A DNA stretch of 64,000 nt from Babesia bigemina (taxonomy: Eukaryota): NCBI RefSeq assembly GCF_000981445.1, contig NC_027216.1:2046001-2110000 (forward strand), given 5' to 3'. Below are positions 45,692-58,456 of this stretch, one piece after another. The notes under the pieces are model-generated. The model saw nothing but the letters and a program-made list of their open reading frames with translations. It did not search any database and was not told the origin of the DNA. A program made the translations under genes and the position numbers. Every line of letters starts with the position of its first letter. Within the stretch, counting starts at the first letter, position 1.

Positions 45692-48600
45692 TCACTGCGG
45701 TGGCATCTGCTGCGATTGTCCAACCACCTGTTGCATCTGATTCTGCATCTGCGCAGGCATGTGGCCGCTCATGGCGCCCTGCATAGGGCTTTGCATCTGG
45801 CCAGGCATGTGACCTCCCATCTGGCCCTGCATCTGCCCGGGCATATGGGCGTTCATGGCCCCGTGCATCGGACTTTGCATCTGACCTGGCATGTGACCTC
45901 CCATCTGACCCTGCATCTGTCCGACCACCTGCTGCATTTGGTTCTGCATCTGACCCTGCGCCTGGTTTTGCATCTGGCCTTGCATGTGCGCCGGCATCTG
46001 GCCCTGCGGATGCGCCATCGGGTGCTGCATCATGTGCCCGTAATGCGGAGGACCGCCCTGCGGGTACATCTGATTGGGGTAGTACATCCCCTGAGGGTTT
46101 ATCCGCATCGGCATGGGCGCGAACTGTTGCTGGTAGCCCTGCTGGAACTGCTGCTGGGGGTACTGCGGGTACGGCATCATGCGCTGCTGCATCGCCCGGT
46201 GCTGGGCCATCATGGCGTGAGGCGGAGGCATGCTTGGCTGTTGCATCTGGTGCACGCTCTGCTGCTTCGCCATGGGCGAGTGCTGCCCCATGTGCTGCGG
46301 TTGGTTCATGTGCGCAGGCGGCTGGTGCGGCATCATCTGCTGGTAGTGTCCCTGCTGCTGGAAAGAGTGCGGACTCGAGGCACCGGGCGCTCCGACCTTC
46401 ATAGGGTACATTTGGGGCATCTGCGATCTTGACTGCTGCTGAAGCGGTTGCTGCGGCTGGCCTTGTGACTGCGGGGCCGACCCGTGCTGGGGCGCCTGCT
46501 GTCCTTGCTGTTGCGCTTGTTGCATCTGAGCCTGCTGCTGCGCCTGCAGTTGCTGTTGCTGTGGTTGCAACTGCTGTTGAGCTTGAGTCTGTTGCTGCTG
46601 GGACTGCAACTGCTGTTGAGCTTGAGTCTGGACTTGTTGCTGGGACTGCAGTTGCTGTTGAGCTTGAGCCTGGACTTGTTGCTGGGCGTGCTGCACCTGC
46701 TGTTGCTGCTGGGCTTGTAATTGTTGCTGCGCCTGTTGCTGGGACTGTTGTCGCGGCGACGTCTGTAACGGTTGCCCCGGCAGTTGTTGCTGAGCTTGTT
46801 GTGGCTGGGGCGGTTGCTGCTGTGGTTGCAACTGCTGTTGAGCTTGAGTCTGTTGTGTTTGCAACTGCTGCGCCTGAGCCTGGACTTGTTGCTGGGCTTG
46901 CTGTTGGGCTTGTTGCATCTGCTGGGCTTGTTGCTGTTGTTGAGCTTGCTGCATCTGCTGGGCCTGCTGTTGTTGGGCTTGCTGCTGTGCTTGCATTTGC
47001 TGAGCTTGCTGTTGTTGGGCCTGTTGCATCTGGGCTTGCATCTGCTGGGCTTGTTGCTGTTGTTGAGCTTGCTGCATCTGCTGGGCCTGCTGTTGTTGGG
47101 CTTGCTGCTGTGCTTGCATTTGCTGAGCTTGCTGTTGTTGTGCCTGTTGCATCTGGGCTTGCATCTGCTGGGCTTGTTGCTGTTGGGCTTGCTGCATCTG
47201 CTGAGCCTGCTGTTGCTGGGCTTGTTGCTGTTGGGCCTGTTGCATTTGTGCCTGTTGCATCTGCGCTTGCTGCATCTGGGCTTGTTGCTGTTGAGCCTGT
47301 TGCATCTGCGCTTGCTGCATTTGCGCTTGTTGCTGTTGAGCCTGCTGCATCTGCGCTTGTTGCATCTGCTGGTGCATTTGCTGCTGCATCTGCTGTTGCA
47401 TCTGTTGCTGCTGCGCCATGAGCATCCGCTGCCTGGCCAGCTGCTGGTGGTACATGACGTTTTGGTTCTGGTGCTCCTGCTCCATCTGCGATTGCTCGCC
47501 GCAGTGCTTGGAGCTGTCGCTCATCATCGAAGCTCCGTCGTCCGACTGGCTCATCTGGTGCGTGCCGACATGTTGCGGGGTGGGGTACTTGGGCTTGGGG
47601 AAGGGTTTGGCAGGTTCCATGTTGCGGGGGGTCTGGAACGCAGTTGCGATATCGATGGGCGTCGTGTGGGCGCCAGTCCTTTGTTCCTTCGCCTTGGGCG
47701 TCGCCGTCTGCTCCGGCAACGGCCCAGCGATGGCTTTCCAGTGCTCGAGTTCCTTCCTCAGGCTGTCCACCTTGTTCACCAGGTTTATCATGATGGCCGC
47801 GTCCCCGCGCACCACGCAGTAGAGCTCGTTGGACGCTCGCGACGACACCACGGGGGCCGGTATGTTCAGCGCCGCCAACATCTCGTCCACCGCGTCGTTG
47901 TGCTTCGGGTTGAGCTGCGCCTTGTACTGCGTGACCATGTCGCTGGCGAGCCACACGTCCTTGGAGTGCAGCTTCTCCATGTTCGGCAGCGTGATGGCGT
48001 CGTCGCTGACGCTGAACTTCTTCTTGAGCTTCTTGAACTCGACCTTCTTCCGCTCCTCCCTTTTGAACAGCGACTCCGCCTGCTTTATGTCGTCCAGCAG
48101 CTGCGCCTCAGCCTGCCGTTGCTCCTCGGTGACCCGGTAGCTCCGCTCCAGCATCTCCCTCCGGTCCCTGTCGTGCTCCATGTTGTACGTGAACTTGACC
48201 AGCGGGTGCCTGGCCGACTCGTCCCTGAGCGCCGCGATGACCGGGTGCGACGGGTTGTTGTGCTTCGCAATCTCAGTCTTGATCTTCTCCTCAAACGAGT
48301 ACTCGATTATCCGCTTGGTCACGGTGTAGTAACGGTGCTTCAGCTTCTCGAGCGTCACGTCCTTCCGCCACTTGAACCGGTCGTGTATCGCGACGAACCG
48401 GAGCTCGAACATCTCGCACAGGTCGAACAGGAGGTCCGTTTCCTCCTTGGTCCACGACGGGTCGAGGTCGCCGATCTGGTACCGGTAGAACTCATCGGAG
48501 TAGCGATAGATTTTTATTGCCGGCGCTACCTTAGCGAACGGGTAAGAGTCGACCGGGGCGCTTTCCTCGTCCAGCTTAGGCAGCGTGGACGTGACGTCCG

Positions 48601-48811
48601 AGTCGAGCGTCTGGGCGTATTTCTCCTGCAGTTCGAGCGGCGAGTTGGGCGCAACCTTCGGAGCCTCTCTGTTCCTGATGACCTGCCTCCAGTGCTTCAG
48701 GACCAGCCCGTCGGACCTCGCCGGGTTCCTGAAGGGGCAGAGCCTCCATACGTTGGTGTTAGGCTTGTCGCCCGTTTGCGATGCGTTGGACCCAGATGTC
48801 TGCAAAAACAT
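45692..48811 (-). CDS. DMAP1: SWR1/NuA4 subunit SWC4/DMAP1 with a long Gln-rich C-terminus (start uncertain)
   Basis: WRLCPFRNPARSDGLVLKHW, YPFAK, SANT-like WTKEETDLLFDLCEMFELRFVAIHDRF...LKHRYY. Confidence 0.88.
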   Translation of the reverse strand: MFLQTSGSNASQTGDKPNTNVWRLCPFRNPARSDGLVLKHWRQVIRNREAPKVAPNSPLELQEKYAQTLDSDVTSTLPKLDEESAPVDSYPFAKVAPAIKIYRYSDEFYRYQIGDLDPSWTKEETDLLFDLCEMFELRFVAIHDRFKWRKDVTLEKLKHRYYTVTKRIIEYSFEEKIKTEIAKHNNPSHPVIAALRDESARHPLVKFTYNMEHDRDRREMLERSYRVTEEQRQAEAQLLDDIKQAESLFKREERKKVEFKKLKKKFSVSDDAITLPNMEKLHSKDVWLASDMVTQYKAQLNPKHNDAVDEMLAALNIPAPVVSSRASNELYCVVRGDAAIMINLVNKVDSLRKELEHWKAIAGPLPEQTATPKAKEQRTGAHTTPIDIATAFQTPRNMEPAKPFPKPKYPTPQHVGTHQMSQSDDGASMMSDSSKHCGEQSQMEQEHQNQNVMYHQQLARQRMLMAQQQQMQQQMQQQMHQQMQQAQMQQAQQQQAQMQQAQMQQAQQQQAQMQQAQMQQAQMQQAQQQQAQQQQAQQMQQAQQQQAQQMQAQMQQAQQQQAQQMQAQQQAQQQQAQQMQQAQQQQQAQQMQAQMQQAQQQQAQQMQAQQQAQQQQAQQMQQAQQQQQAQQMQQAQQQAQQQVQAQAQQLQTQQTQAQQQLQPQQQPPQPQQAQQQLPGQPLQTSPRQQSQQQAQQQLQAQQQQQVQHAQQQVQAQAQQQLQSQQQVQTQAQQQLQSQQQQTQAQQQLQPQQQQLQAQQQAQMQQAQQQGQQAPQHGSAPQSQGQPQQPLQQQSRSQMPQMYPMKVGAPGASSPHSFQQQGHYQQMMPHQPPAHMNQPQHMGQHSPMAKQQSVHQMQQPSMPPPHAMMAQHRAMQQRMMPYPQYPQQQFQQGYQQQFAPMPMRINPQGMYYPNQMYPQGGPPHYGHMMQHPMAHPQGQMPAHMQGQMQNQAQGQMQNQMQQVVGQMQGQMGGHMPGQMQSPMHGAMNAHMPGQMQGQMGGHMPGQMQSPMQGAMSGHMPAQMQNQMQQVVGQSQQMPPQ
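45720..47415 (-). repeat. Coding low-complexity Q/A/M repeats, including a 123-bp tandem duplication (46921-47166) and a 28-aa duplication
   Basis: CAG/CAA-rich degenerate repeats; units start at 46921 and 47044; GQMQGQMGGHMPGQMQSPM occurs twice. Confidence 0.9.
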
Positions 48812-49791
48812 GTGCTCGCGTCTCTTAATAGCAGCAAATGAACACAATATGCATCACATGGGTGCTCATTACGGAGAGCAGCCGAGCTGATGTCGGCCCA
48901 GCTGCTGCATGCATACTCTTCGTATGTCGGTGCCCAGCGCAGCGGGGGGGAAACAGCAGACGCCTCATATCACGTGGCCGTATCAGACACCGCGTCTGGA
49001 GCGCAAATCGGCCATGGAAGGCGCGGTGGCCACGCTTGGCGACGCGCAAATCGGCACGATGCCAGCCGCTGAATACACGCCCAGACATCGCAACCACGAG
49101 CCGATACAACGCTCAAAGACGCGTATCCCGCACGAGTCAACGCATGTACGCGATATTCGAGCCGGAGGTATGCGTACAAAGCGCTGCGGGCGCGTAGGCC
49201 CGCAGCGTTAGACAGCGCGCTGCACACAACCGCCTACGGATAACGAGCCCCGATGGACCTGCCGCGTAGCGAACTTTTAAACACTCACATTTATGACGAG
49301 CTTGTTAGAGGTCGGAATCGACGCGAGCTCGGCCGAGTTGATCCTGGCGTCCTTCCTTCCCATCGTGTGCGCTTCCCTCGCCGGCGGACACGACTCCGCT
49401 GGCATACGGAAATATTTGCGATACACACAACGCGCCTCGTAGGTGCTGTGGGCACTGCCTGTTCCGCTTGAGCTGGCGCCAAAAAATGTCTCGCGCCTCT
49501 ATCTGCTCATGGGGCTGCGCGTCACGCCGCCTTGCCGGCATTTTAAGAAACTGAGCGCAGCGCCGGGTCCACGGCGGATTTTATTGCGCAGTCTAGGCCT
49601 AGTGTGCGTTCGGGTGTGCGTTCGGCGCCCTTCGTCGCGTGTCTATCGCTGAGTCGGAGCTGGGATGGCTTGGCGCGTACTTCCGCTGCTTCTGTGCATT
49701 TAGCTGACCTTTGCCCCCGAGAGGCACCTCTTCCATCCGCAGCCTCTGCGAATTTTTTGATTCACGACTTACTCGGAGCCGCGCGAACAGG

Positions 49792-51057
49792 ATGGAGTGC
49801 TTGACCCGCATCATTCCGAAGGCCAACCTGCCGAACCTCAAGAAGTACAAGTTCCAATCCGGCGCCACGACATGCTTGGACGCGCTGATTAACCGCTTCT
49901 GGTGGACTCCCGTCGCCCATATGCTGCCCAGGGTAGGACCTGACTCTGTTGTGTAACGCCCGCTCAGTTCGTATCCCCCAACGTGGTGACCTTGATGGGC
50001 GGATTCTGCATCTTCGTCACGAACTTCTGCATCTTCACGTACATGCACCGCCTCGAGAGCAGCACCGCCCCCACGTGGATGCCGCTGCTGGCGTCGGTGA
50101 TGACCCTGCTGTACCTGGTAGGGCGCCTTTCGGGCATGTCATTGCGCGCAGACGTTCGACGGAATCGACGGGAAGCAGGCCAGAAAGCTGGGCATGAGCT
50201 CGCCCCTGGGGCAGTTGCTGGACCACGGCCTCGACGCCGTAGTGACGGTCTTCTACCCGTACATCTGCTGCACGCTCTACCCCGGCGGCTTCACGTTCAT
50301 CACCCTCCTCCTGGTGGCGATAGCGCCGATCCACGTCTTGTGCACCGTCTGGCGTGAGAGCGAGTTCGAGACCTTCGAGTACACCAACGGCGTGCTGGGC
50401 GTCACGGAGGCCAACCTACTGGCCATCGCGCTCCAGGCGGTCCACTACTACGTGCGCCCACACTTCGGCGTGAAGGTGGCGACGCTCTTCGGCGGCCACC
50501 CGCTGTTCGCCTTCCTGGGGGCCTACTTCCCGCGCGTGCACGAGCTCCACAACGCCATGATATACCTCATCCTGGCGGTCGCGTACTCCGAGGGCATGTG
50601 CGGCGTCTTGGGGCTCGCCTACCGCACCAGCTACCGCCTGCAGTACCTGGCGTTCATGCTCTCGGCGTTCGTGCACTCGTACTCGGCCTACTACCTCGTG
50701 TACACGCTCCCGGCGCAGTCGCGCGTGGCCGGCTGCATTTTCGCGTCCATGTTCGTCGCCGCCGTCTGCGTGAACAACATCGTGTGCCTGCTCTCCAAGT
50801 CGCCGATGCGCTGCGTGCACTGGGGGCTGCTGCCGCAGTACATGCTCCTGCTGCAGTACTACGGCGTCGGCCTGCTCAGGGACTACGGACTCGTCCTGGA
50901 GCCCGCGGCGTTCCACCGGGTGCTGCTGGCCGCCGCCGTTTACGGCACCGTGTACCTGGTGTACGTGTTCGTGAAGACCATCTGCGAGATCACGGAGTAC
51001 CTCCAGATCCCAGTGCTGACCGTCCCGGCCTCGGTCCGCCGGGCCAAGGCGGAGTAA
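49792..51057 (+). CDS. CEPT: Choline/ethanolamine phosphotransferase; introns 49933-49967 and 50118-50151
   Basis: CDP-alcohol phosphotransferase motif DGIDGKQARKLGMSSPLGQLLDHGLD; NLKKYKF; PNVVTL. Confidence 0.9.
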
Positions 51058-51109
51058 GCGACGCAGCGTAAGCAAGGCAGCGTAGCGCGGCAAATAGATA
51101 CACAGTAAA

Positions 51110-54100
51110 TTAATCTGCGGGTTCGTTACACCACATTGCTATTAGTCCCTTGAGCTTCTTCTGCACCTCCACGGCGGAGGGGCGGCGCTGCGGCACGCGG
51201 TCGGCCATCTCGGTGAGCAGCCGGTGCCACGGCGACAGCTCCTGCTCGATGAACTCGGGGACCCTGCCCGTGTTCCTGAAGTTCTCCAGCACTGTGAACC
51301 GCTCCATCACGGTGTGGAACCTGGGCGACAGCAGCTCCAGCAAAATCAGCGCCGCGGAGAAGATGTCGGCCTTCTCCGAGCAGTTGAACCCGCCCTCCGG
51401 CGCCGCGTAGCCCGGGGTGCCGATGAGTTGGCCGGGCAGCGACGACTGCGTTAGCTGAACGGCGCATTAGCAAAAGTTAGTCGGTGGCTTACCTCGCAGG
51501 AGTCCTGCTGCGCCGTCGCCTCCGGCGGCGGAGTGTCCCTGGTCTCGCGAGTGCTCTGCGAGATGAAACCCACGAGTCCGAAATCCCCAATTTTAAGCGC
51601 GTTCGTGTTCGGGTCCACGAACACGTTCTCGGGCTTGAGGTCTCGGTGGATGAAGTTGTTCGCGTGGATGTCACGCAGCCCCTTTATGAGCTGCCGGAAC
51701 AGGTCGAACTCGACCGGCACCCCATTCGGCGATAGGGTGTACTGCATTGGCTTGTCGCTTCTCCCGGGCCTGCACGCGCGTGTTAGGCTGTTGATGGGTA
51801 TTTAAGCACCAACCTGTTGAGCCACTCCCTGAGGGTGAAACCCTTGCACAGCTCCATGAGGATGAGCAGCACCACGGGGTACTGCTTTTCGGTGTCCCTC
51901 ACGCGTGCCTGGTGGCAGTTCCCCGACTCCTCCGCATCGCCGTCGTCGCTGTTCTCGCTGTTTTCGCGCGGGCTCTCGCCATCGAACCCCACGGCGGGGG
52001 CCCTCGAGGTGTTGCTGTACTCGAAGACGATGCCCTGGCTGGACTCCGACTGCGGCACGTTGGGGTACCTGCCGTCGTGTTCGTAGTTGTCGTCCTCGAA
52101 CTCGAACGCGCAGACGCCGTTCAGCATGCTGTCGTCCTCGTCGGTGTTCAGCTGCGATCCGCCGGTCTGCTCGCCAATGGCCGCCAGGCGCACCCTCCGC
52201 CCGACCCTCCCACGCTCGTCAAGCAGGGAGTTGTTGAACGCCACGTTGCTGAAGCTCGGGTAGTCCTCGTCGCTACGCTTCTCCAGAATCCCGCGCAGCA
52301 TCTCCTGGTAGTGCTGCATGAACCCGTTGAGCGCCTTCGCCCGCTGCGTGTTCAGGGAGTTGGAGCCCACAAGGTGCTTCACGTTGTTGGCCGCCGCGCT
52401 CTGAATCTCCGGAGTCAGCTGCGTGAGGGGCAAAAAGTGAGGCTCCTCGCACCACCACGTGAAGTAGCGCACGACGTACTTGCTCGATATCTCCCTGTTG
52501 GCCACGATCTCCCTGAAGTAGCGCCTGGAGGTCAGGCCCTCGGAGGCCTTCAGCTTCAGCAGCACCAGCTTGATGGCGTACGTGGGGTGCCCGGGCTCCA
52601 GCTTGTGCTGGGCGCGGTACACCGACCCGAACCCGCCCTTGCCCAGGAGCTTGATGCAATCGAAGGTCCTGAGGAACCGGCCGTTCTCGAGGAAGTTGGC
52701 CAGCGCGGTGGCGGCCGGCACCACCGATATCGCCCTCAACTCGTCTTCCCTGGTCATCTCGTCGTCGGAGTAGTTTATCTCGCTCGTCTCGACGGCCAGC
52801 TCGACCCTGGGCAGCTCGTGGCCCTCGCTCTCCTCGCTGCGCGCACTCTGCGCCGCGCTTCCCGCCTGCGATCTGTTCTCCTGCCTCTGAATCTCCAGCA
52901 TCTCGTCCGTGTTGTTGATGAGCTTCAGCGGCACCGTGAACGTCTGGCACACGTTGTCGACGGAGTGCAGCGGCGAAATGCGGTCGACGTTGTAAATCAG
53001 CCGTTCCGTGGACTCGAAGATGCCGCGCTCAAAGTCGTCGATCATCAGCGAGACCTGGCCCAGCAGGAACCTCGAAAACGGCATTTTCGCCCACCAACGC
53101 CGGTGGTAGATTTTCCGGTCGATGCACTCCTTGAGGATCCGCAGCACGTTCATCAGCGGCGCCAGCGCGAACGTCAGCAGCCAGCACGTCAGCACGCACC
53201 ACCACTTCACGATCTGCCACTTGGTGTGGTTCTGCTGCGTGAACGTCAGCGGCTGCAGACCCGTGTCGAGCGTGTAATAGTGGTTCTTGTCGACCATCTT
53301 GATGGTGATCAGCCTCCCACCGTCGTTCGCGGCCTCGCCGTCGACCTCGGGATCCCACATGTTCTTCACGTTTATCACGCCGCCCTTCACCGACACCAGG
53401 TTGCGCCCGAAGTAGCTCGAGCTGGACAGCTTTATCGACCCATAGGCCTTGTCGAGCGCGTTCTGCAGAAACGCGGCCGGCGGCGGGATCGAGATCCGCT
53501 CCACAATCTGCAGGGTCATGATCTCCTCGTTGGCGTTCCACAGCACTGCGAACACCGCCGCGATCGGGAAGGGGAAGTTCATTTCCTCGCTGATCTTGCC
53601 CTCGTCGTCCTCGAAATCTATGGCCAGCTTCTGCCCTTGCACCTTGATGATTTCGCGCACGCGCTCCACCACCACCGGCCCTACGTTCTCGCTGTTTACC
53701 GCGCCTATTTCGCGCCAATTGAAACTCCACAGCTCGACGTGGGACTTCTCGTCGAAGGCGCGCACGGTCCAGTCGGTGTAGCCGATATGGAGTTGCCTCT
53801 GCGTCTCCCGTTCCGGCTGGTCCGGGGACGCAGGGGGGTGCGTCTTGTAGTGGACGTCGTGTAGGTTCCTCGCGATGTAGCTCCCGGTGTGGAAATCCAG
53901 CGCCATCACGGAGGAGTTCCTGGAACCCTCGAGGTAGACACCGTCCAGCAGCGGCGTCCGGAAGGGCGTGAAGTTGACGATGTCACGCACGTGGATGTGC
54001 AGCAGCTGGCTGTGACCAGTCTCGTATATGCAGTAGACGTAGCCGTCGTAGCTCGGCACCAGGTGCCGCGCACACTTGGCCTTCGCGCCGGCGTTACGAC

Positions 54101-54845
54101 CGCATGTCTTGAACGCCTTGCCGTTCTGGGAGTCCGCGGTGGTGTGCTCCTCGTACTTCTCGCGGTCCCAACCCATGCCCCTGGTGGGGGCGTTGTTGAG
54201 CGCGCATACATTGTTCGGAGTCTCGACGTACGGCTTCTTCACGTTGAGCAGGTTGTCCGTGAGCCGCGTGACCCACATCAGGTGGCGTGACAAATTAGTG
54301 CAGTACGCGAGCCCCTCCGTGTCGAGGACGATGAGCGACACCTCGCCATCGGCATCCGCCCCAGTGAGTTGCGGTAACGACCGGCGACCCCTCCTGACCA
54401 GACTCATGCTGGGCGTCACAACGAAATCCGGCCGACGCGTAGTGCCAGCCTTTAAATACTCAGCAATCACCAACTCGTCCAGATGCGAGTGGACGGCAGT
54501 GCAGCTCGGTTGCGTCTCCGGCCGTGCCGCCGCGGCCCAAGCCACTCCCCCGGCAGGCTCACTCTCTCCCAAGCCCCTGCAGGCGTTACGCGATGACGCC
54601 GCGAACAGCGCTATCGCCAGCAAAACCAGGAACCGCCGTATTGACCCGGAATACGTCTTGAGAGGCGCTGCGTTGTGCCCCTCCCTGGCAGCATCGGCGG
54701 CCTTGCCCCTGTGCTGTGCGTGCTTCGCCGCGCGCGAGCGGGATCCAGAGCCCGTCGCGCTGCGCCGGCTGTGGTTACGCGCGCGGCCACCTCCGTGTCG
54801 TGATCGCGCACTGCTGTTGTTGCCCCGGTCTCGATGAGAATTCAT
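51110..54845 (-). CDS. Transmembrane eIF2-alpha kinase (PERK/PK4-like); introns 51770-51813 and 51446-51492
   Basis: LGKGGFGSV, YAIK, VVRYFTWWCE, long kinase insert, ILMELC..TLREWL, IHRDLKPEN, KIGDFGL, GTPGYAAPE; N-terminal hydrophobic segment and internal TM. Confidence 0.9.
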
Positions 54846-55949
54846 GCTGTCCGAGGTGTTGTGGGCTGGAAGGTACAGCGTCCGAAGCCCCCGCGCATCG
54901 TTGTCCCGGATCCTATACAGTCCTCGGTGCCAGTTGAAGTGAACCTGAGGTCCCACTCGTGCCCCCTTTGCGCTCTGCCGCTCGCCTGGTCGCTGCTGTG
55001 CGTCCAGCCGCGGCAGCGCGCTGGATCCACGCCCTGAGTCTGACCTTGTATCTGTGTGCACGTGACTCGGCAGTAAAATGCGGCGTGAACGTGGCTGCCT
55101 TCGGAAACCGCTCGGCACAAACCTATGGCCTAAACTTCATGTCTGAAGGGACTGCACGCGTTTACGGGCGACGACGGCCGCTCCCCGTGAGTTTATTCGC
55201 TCGTACTAAGTAACTATGCGTTTTGAGTTGCTTCTACAATTTTTGCAGTGAAGCCGCTCCACTTTCGGACCCGGCTGCGATGCTTCCACTAGCCTCACAC
55301 GATGGCGCTGGAATTGCCTTCCCGCTCTCGCAGCAAGTCCACGCGTTTAGAGACAGGTATGTACCAATCGGCAAAGGAATCCAGTCTCAGTGTGTACGCA
55401 GTGCCGCATGGGATGCGCAATAGCGGAGAAGGACACCTGCGAGTCCCACATCGAGTTCTGAGCCCTTTGCGGGGCCGATTTTCGCACACCGCCGGTCAAC
55501 AGCAGCGTCTATAGGCTCCAATAGGACTATGTCGGGTATTTAGGATTGACTAGGTGGCGACATTAGCCGCGGTACGTTATTCCCTGCCGGCCCTGCGTGC
55601 GGCGAGGACGGTGGCGCCGGATTGATGAGATGTGTAGCAGCGATACCGTAGGAAACCGACGCTGACGCTTGAGTATTGGGTATCGGTATTGATTTCGTAC
55701 TTTCGGGTGTAGGTTGGCGCTTCCGCGGCATATCCGCGTAGTGCGGAGCCACATAGCGCGACGCCCTGTAGCAGATCCACAGCCGGCGGCTTGCGCCCAG
55801 TCACAGTCTCACAGTAAAGTGGCAAATAGCAGCCATTTATTTAACCGGGCGGCTGCCATTGGATTCGCCCCTCGGTATCGTTCGTCGACCACTGCTGACA
55901 GGCCGGCATTGGCCGTGGCGCGCTATCACGGACTCCGTAGCTCGGCACG

Positions 55950-57549
55950 ATGTCCACAACGGCGACAGCCGACGAGGGTGTGCCCCTCCTGCCGGGCACG
56001 GAGAAGGCGCCCCGGCGCCGTATGACCCGTTGGGGCAAGATCGACGACGGCAAGAACATGGTCATCCACAACACGACCAACTCGTTCCTCCACGAGCTCA
56101 AGATGCTGTCGAACAAGGCGGCGAATGTTACGGAAGAGGATGAATCGCAGAGCCTCTGGGGACCCGAGGACGACAGGCCGTTCCTGCCGCCGCCCTTCGT
56201 CGACCTTCCGCCGGGGATGACACCCTCGCAGATGGACCAGTTTCTCCGCGAGCAGCGCCACGACGACCTGGTGAAGAAGATCGCCTCCGGAGAGCTGGAG
56301 CTTGGCGATGCGGACATCAGGCCGCCCTCGCCGCCGCCGGTTTACGACCGCAACGGCAGCCGTGTGAACACCCGTGAGGTCAGGGCCAAGAACGCCATGA
56401 ACGAGGAGTACAACCGCCTGGTGGAGTACCTGCTCAAGCACCTGCCCGGGTTCGTGGCCTCGGCCGACTACAAGCCGCTGAAGAAGGTGCGCAAGATCAT
56501 CATCCCCCTCGACAAGTACCCCGAGTACAACTTCATGGGTCTCGTCATCGGCCCGCGTGGATGCAACCACAAGCGCCTGGAGGCAGAGAGTGGCGCGCAG
56601 ATATCGCTGCGCGGCCGCGGTACCATCAAGGAGGGCAAGCAGCGCGACCACCAGACCGACGAGGACGCGGCCATGCCCATGCACGTGCACATTTCGGCTG
56701 ACAAGGAGGAGTGCGTGGAAAAGGCGGTGGCACTGATCGGGCCGCTGCTCGACCCCTTCCACCCCAAACACGAGGAGTTCAAGCGCCGCGGCTTGGAGCA
56801 GTTGGCGCTGGTGAACGGTGTCGCCCTGGGCATTTCCGACGCCAGCCGTTGCAGCGTCTGCGGCGGCGTGGGTCACCGCGCGTACGAGTGCCCCGACGCC
56901 CCCAATCTACACACCGTCAAGCATGCGGACGTGCGCTGCGCCATCTGCGGGTTCATGGGCCACCTGACTTCCGACTGCAAGTTGGCCGGCAGCACCGGCA
57001 CCACTGCCGCCACCCAGGAGGCGGTCAAGCTTGACCAGGTTAGTGTAACTTTCGCTGTGGTCTGTAACGATTTTACAGGAGTACAACCGCATGATGACGG
57101 AGCTGACTGGCGGCGGGGCTGCGGCTACTGGGGAACAGGACCCCCAGAGCGCCGAGCAGCTGCAGCAGTACCAGATGGCCTTCTACCAGCAGCAGTACCA
57201 GCACTACCAACAGTATCAGCAGCAGATGTACCAGCCGCAGCAGTACTACTACTCGGCGCAGTACTACCCGCAGTATTACCAGCAGGGAGCGCAGGCGGTT
57301 GCCACGGGCGAGTCTGGTGTCGCCCAGCCGGCTGCTTACGACTATTCTCATTACGCCACTGCTGCTGCGGCTGCCCAGGTAACGGTAGCGGAGCAACCAG
57401 CTGTTGTTCCAGCGGAAACTGCCGCTCCTATGCCACCGCAGACTGCCGCGCCCCCGGAGCCCGAGTTGCCGCCGGAACCATTTGCGGCAGCTCCGGATGA
57501 GCCTGCGCCTCCGCTGCCGGAGGACGAGGGGGCACCACCTCCATCTTAG
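55950..57549 (+). CDS. SF1: Splicing factor 1 / branch-point binding protein; intron 57039-57078
   Basis: RPPSPPPVYDRNGSRVNTRE, KH domain NFMGLVIGPRG, two CCHC zinc knuckles, Pro-rich tail. Confidence 0.93.
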
Positions 57550-58456
57550 ATCATGGACTTTTGTTATTGTAGTGGTACTTGTCGACTCAGAACGAATTTC
57601 GTCGGGTTATGCGCCGGTGAAGCTATGGTGGATGTAGGTTCATCGGCAGAATGTATGAGATGGTTCCTTACTACGGTAACGGTACACGTGATTCCACGAC
57701 GTTTTGTGGGAGATACAGTGGATTTCTGTAATGCCACAGCCTTCATATTGTGTTGCGCACGCTCAGTGAATGAGGTTGTATTTTGCGGTTGGTGGCAAAC
57801 ACAGTCGATGTTACGCTATGGACGAGTTCTGGTCTACCGTGTGCCAACGTCGCCCAGCTGCCGGTAGTAAGTACACATTAGGTACGAAGTGCATAGTTGG
57901 CGTCAATAACACGCTAAGGTGATGTTATACTGCGCATGATGGGTCGGATATGCGCCTGGCGTAGTCTGGAGTCCAAACTCGACCTGGTAGCATATGATGT
58001 AGCCTTCTGCGGAAAGACAGGGTGACTCGTAGATGATAGTGCATCCTAAGCAAACTACATAACTCACATAAGAACACTATGCGCTCAAAACGTCTCTACG
58101 ATTCGAGAGTTATGATGTTTGCCCTGATCAAGGGGTGGTGACCAGGGTAACGGAGCATGGCCAAGGCTACCTATCAATAAAAATAGTAATGTACTTTATA
58201 ATTCAGATGCGTATTCATTGAAGTTGTAATGTGTCAGGTGTGTTGTTTACTGGCCGAATTTCCGCCAGCTTGCAACGACTGGTGGCCCCAAGATTCCATG
58301 AAAACTTAGGGAGGTAATTCCAGCGGAAATCGATAAAACGTATTTGTTTACATAGTTTTATGATACGTGTAATGTACGTAGTCCATTTAGATAGATGATA
58401 TCATCTACGCAATGAATACGGCCACGGTTCGCCGCTAATGACACTGTTGCGCTAGG

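Noticed and set aside
46430..47415. Repeat array considered as CRISPR-like or satellite
   Set aside because: It is in-frame poly-Gln coding sequence with no unique spacers.
32858..53864. Long antisense or alternate-frame ORFs (e.g. 35186-37687, 42182-44101, 45558-47954, 46772-48841, 51912-53864)
   Set aside because: Shadow ORFs from high GC3 and CAG repeats in real genes.
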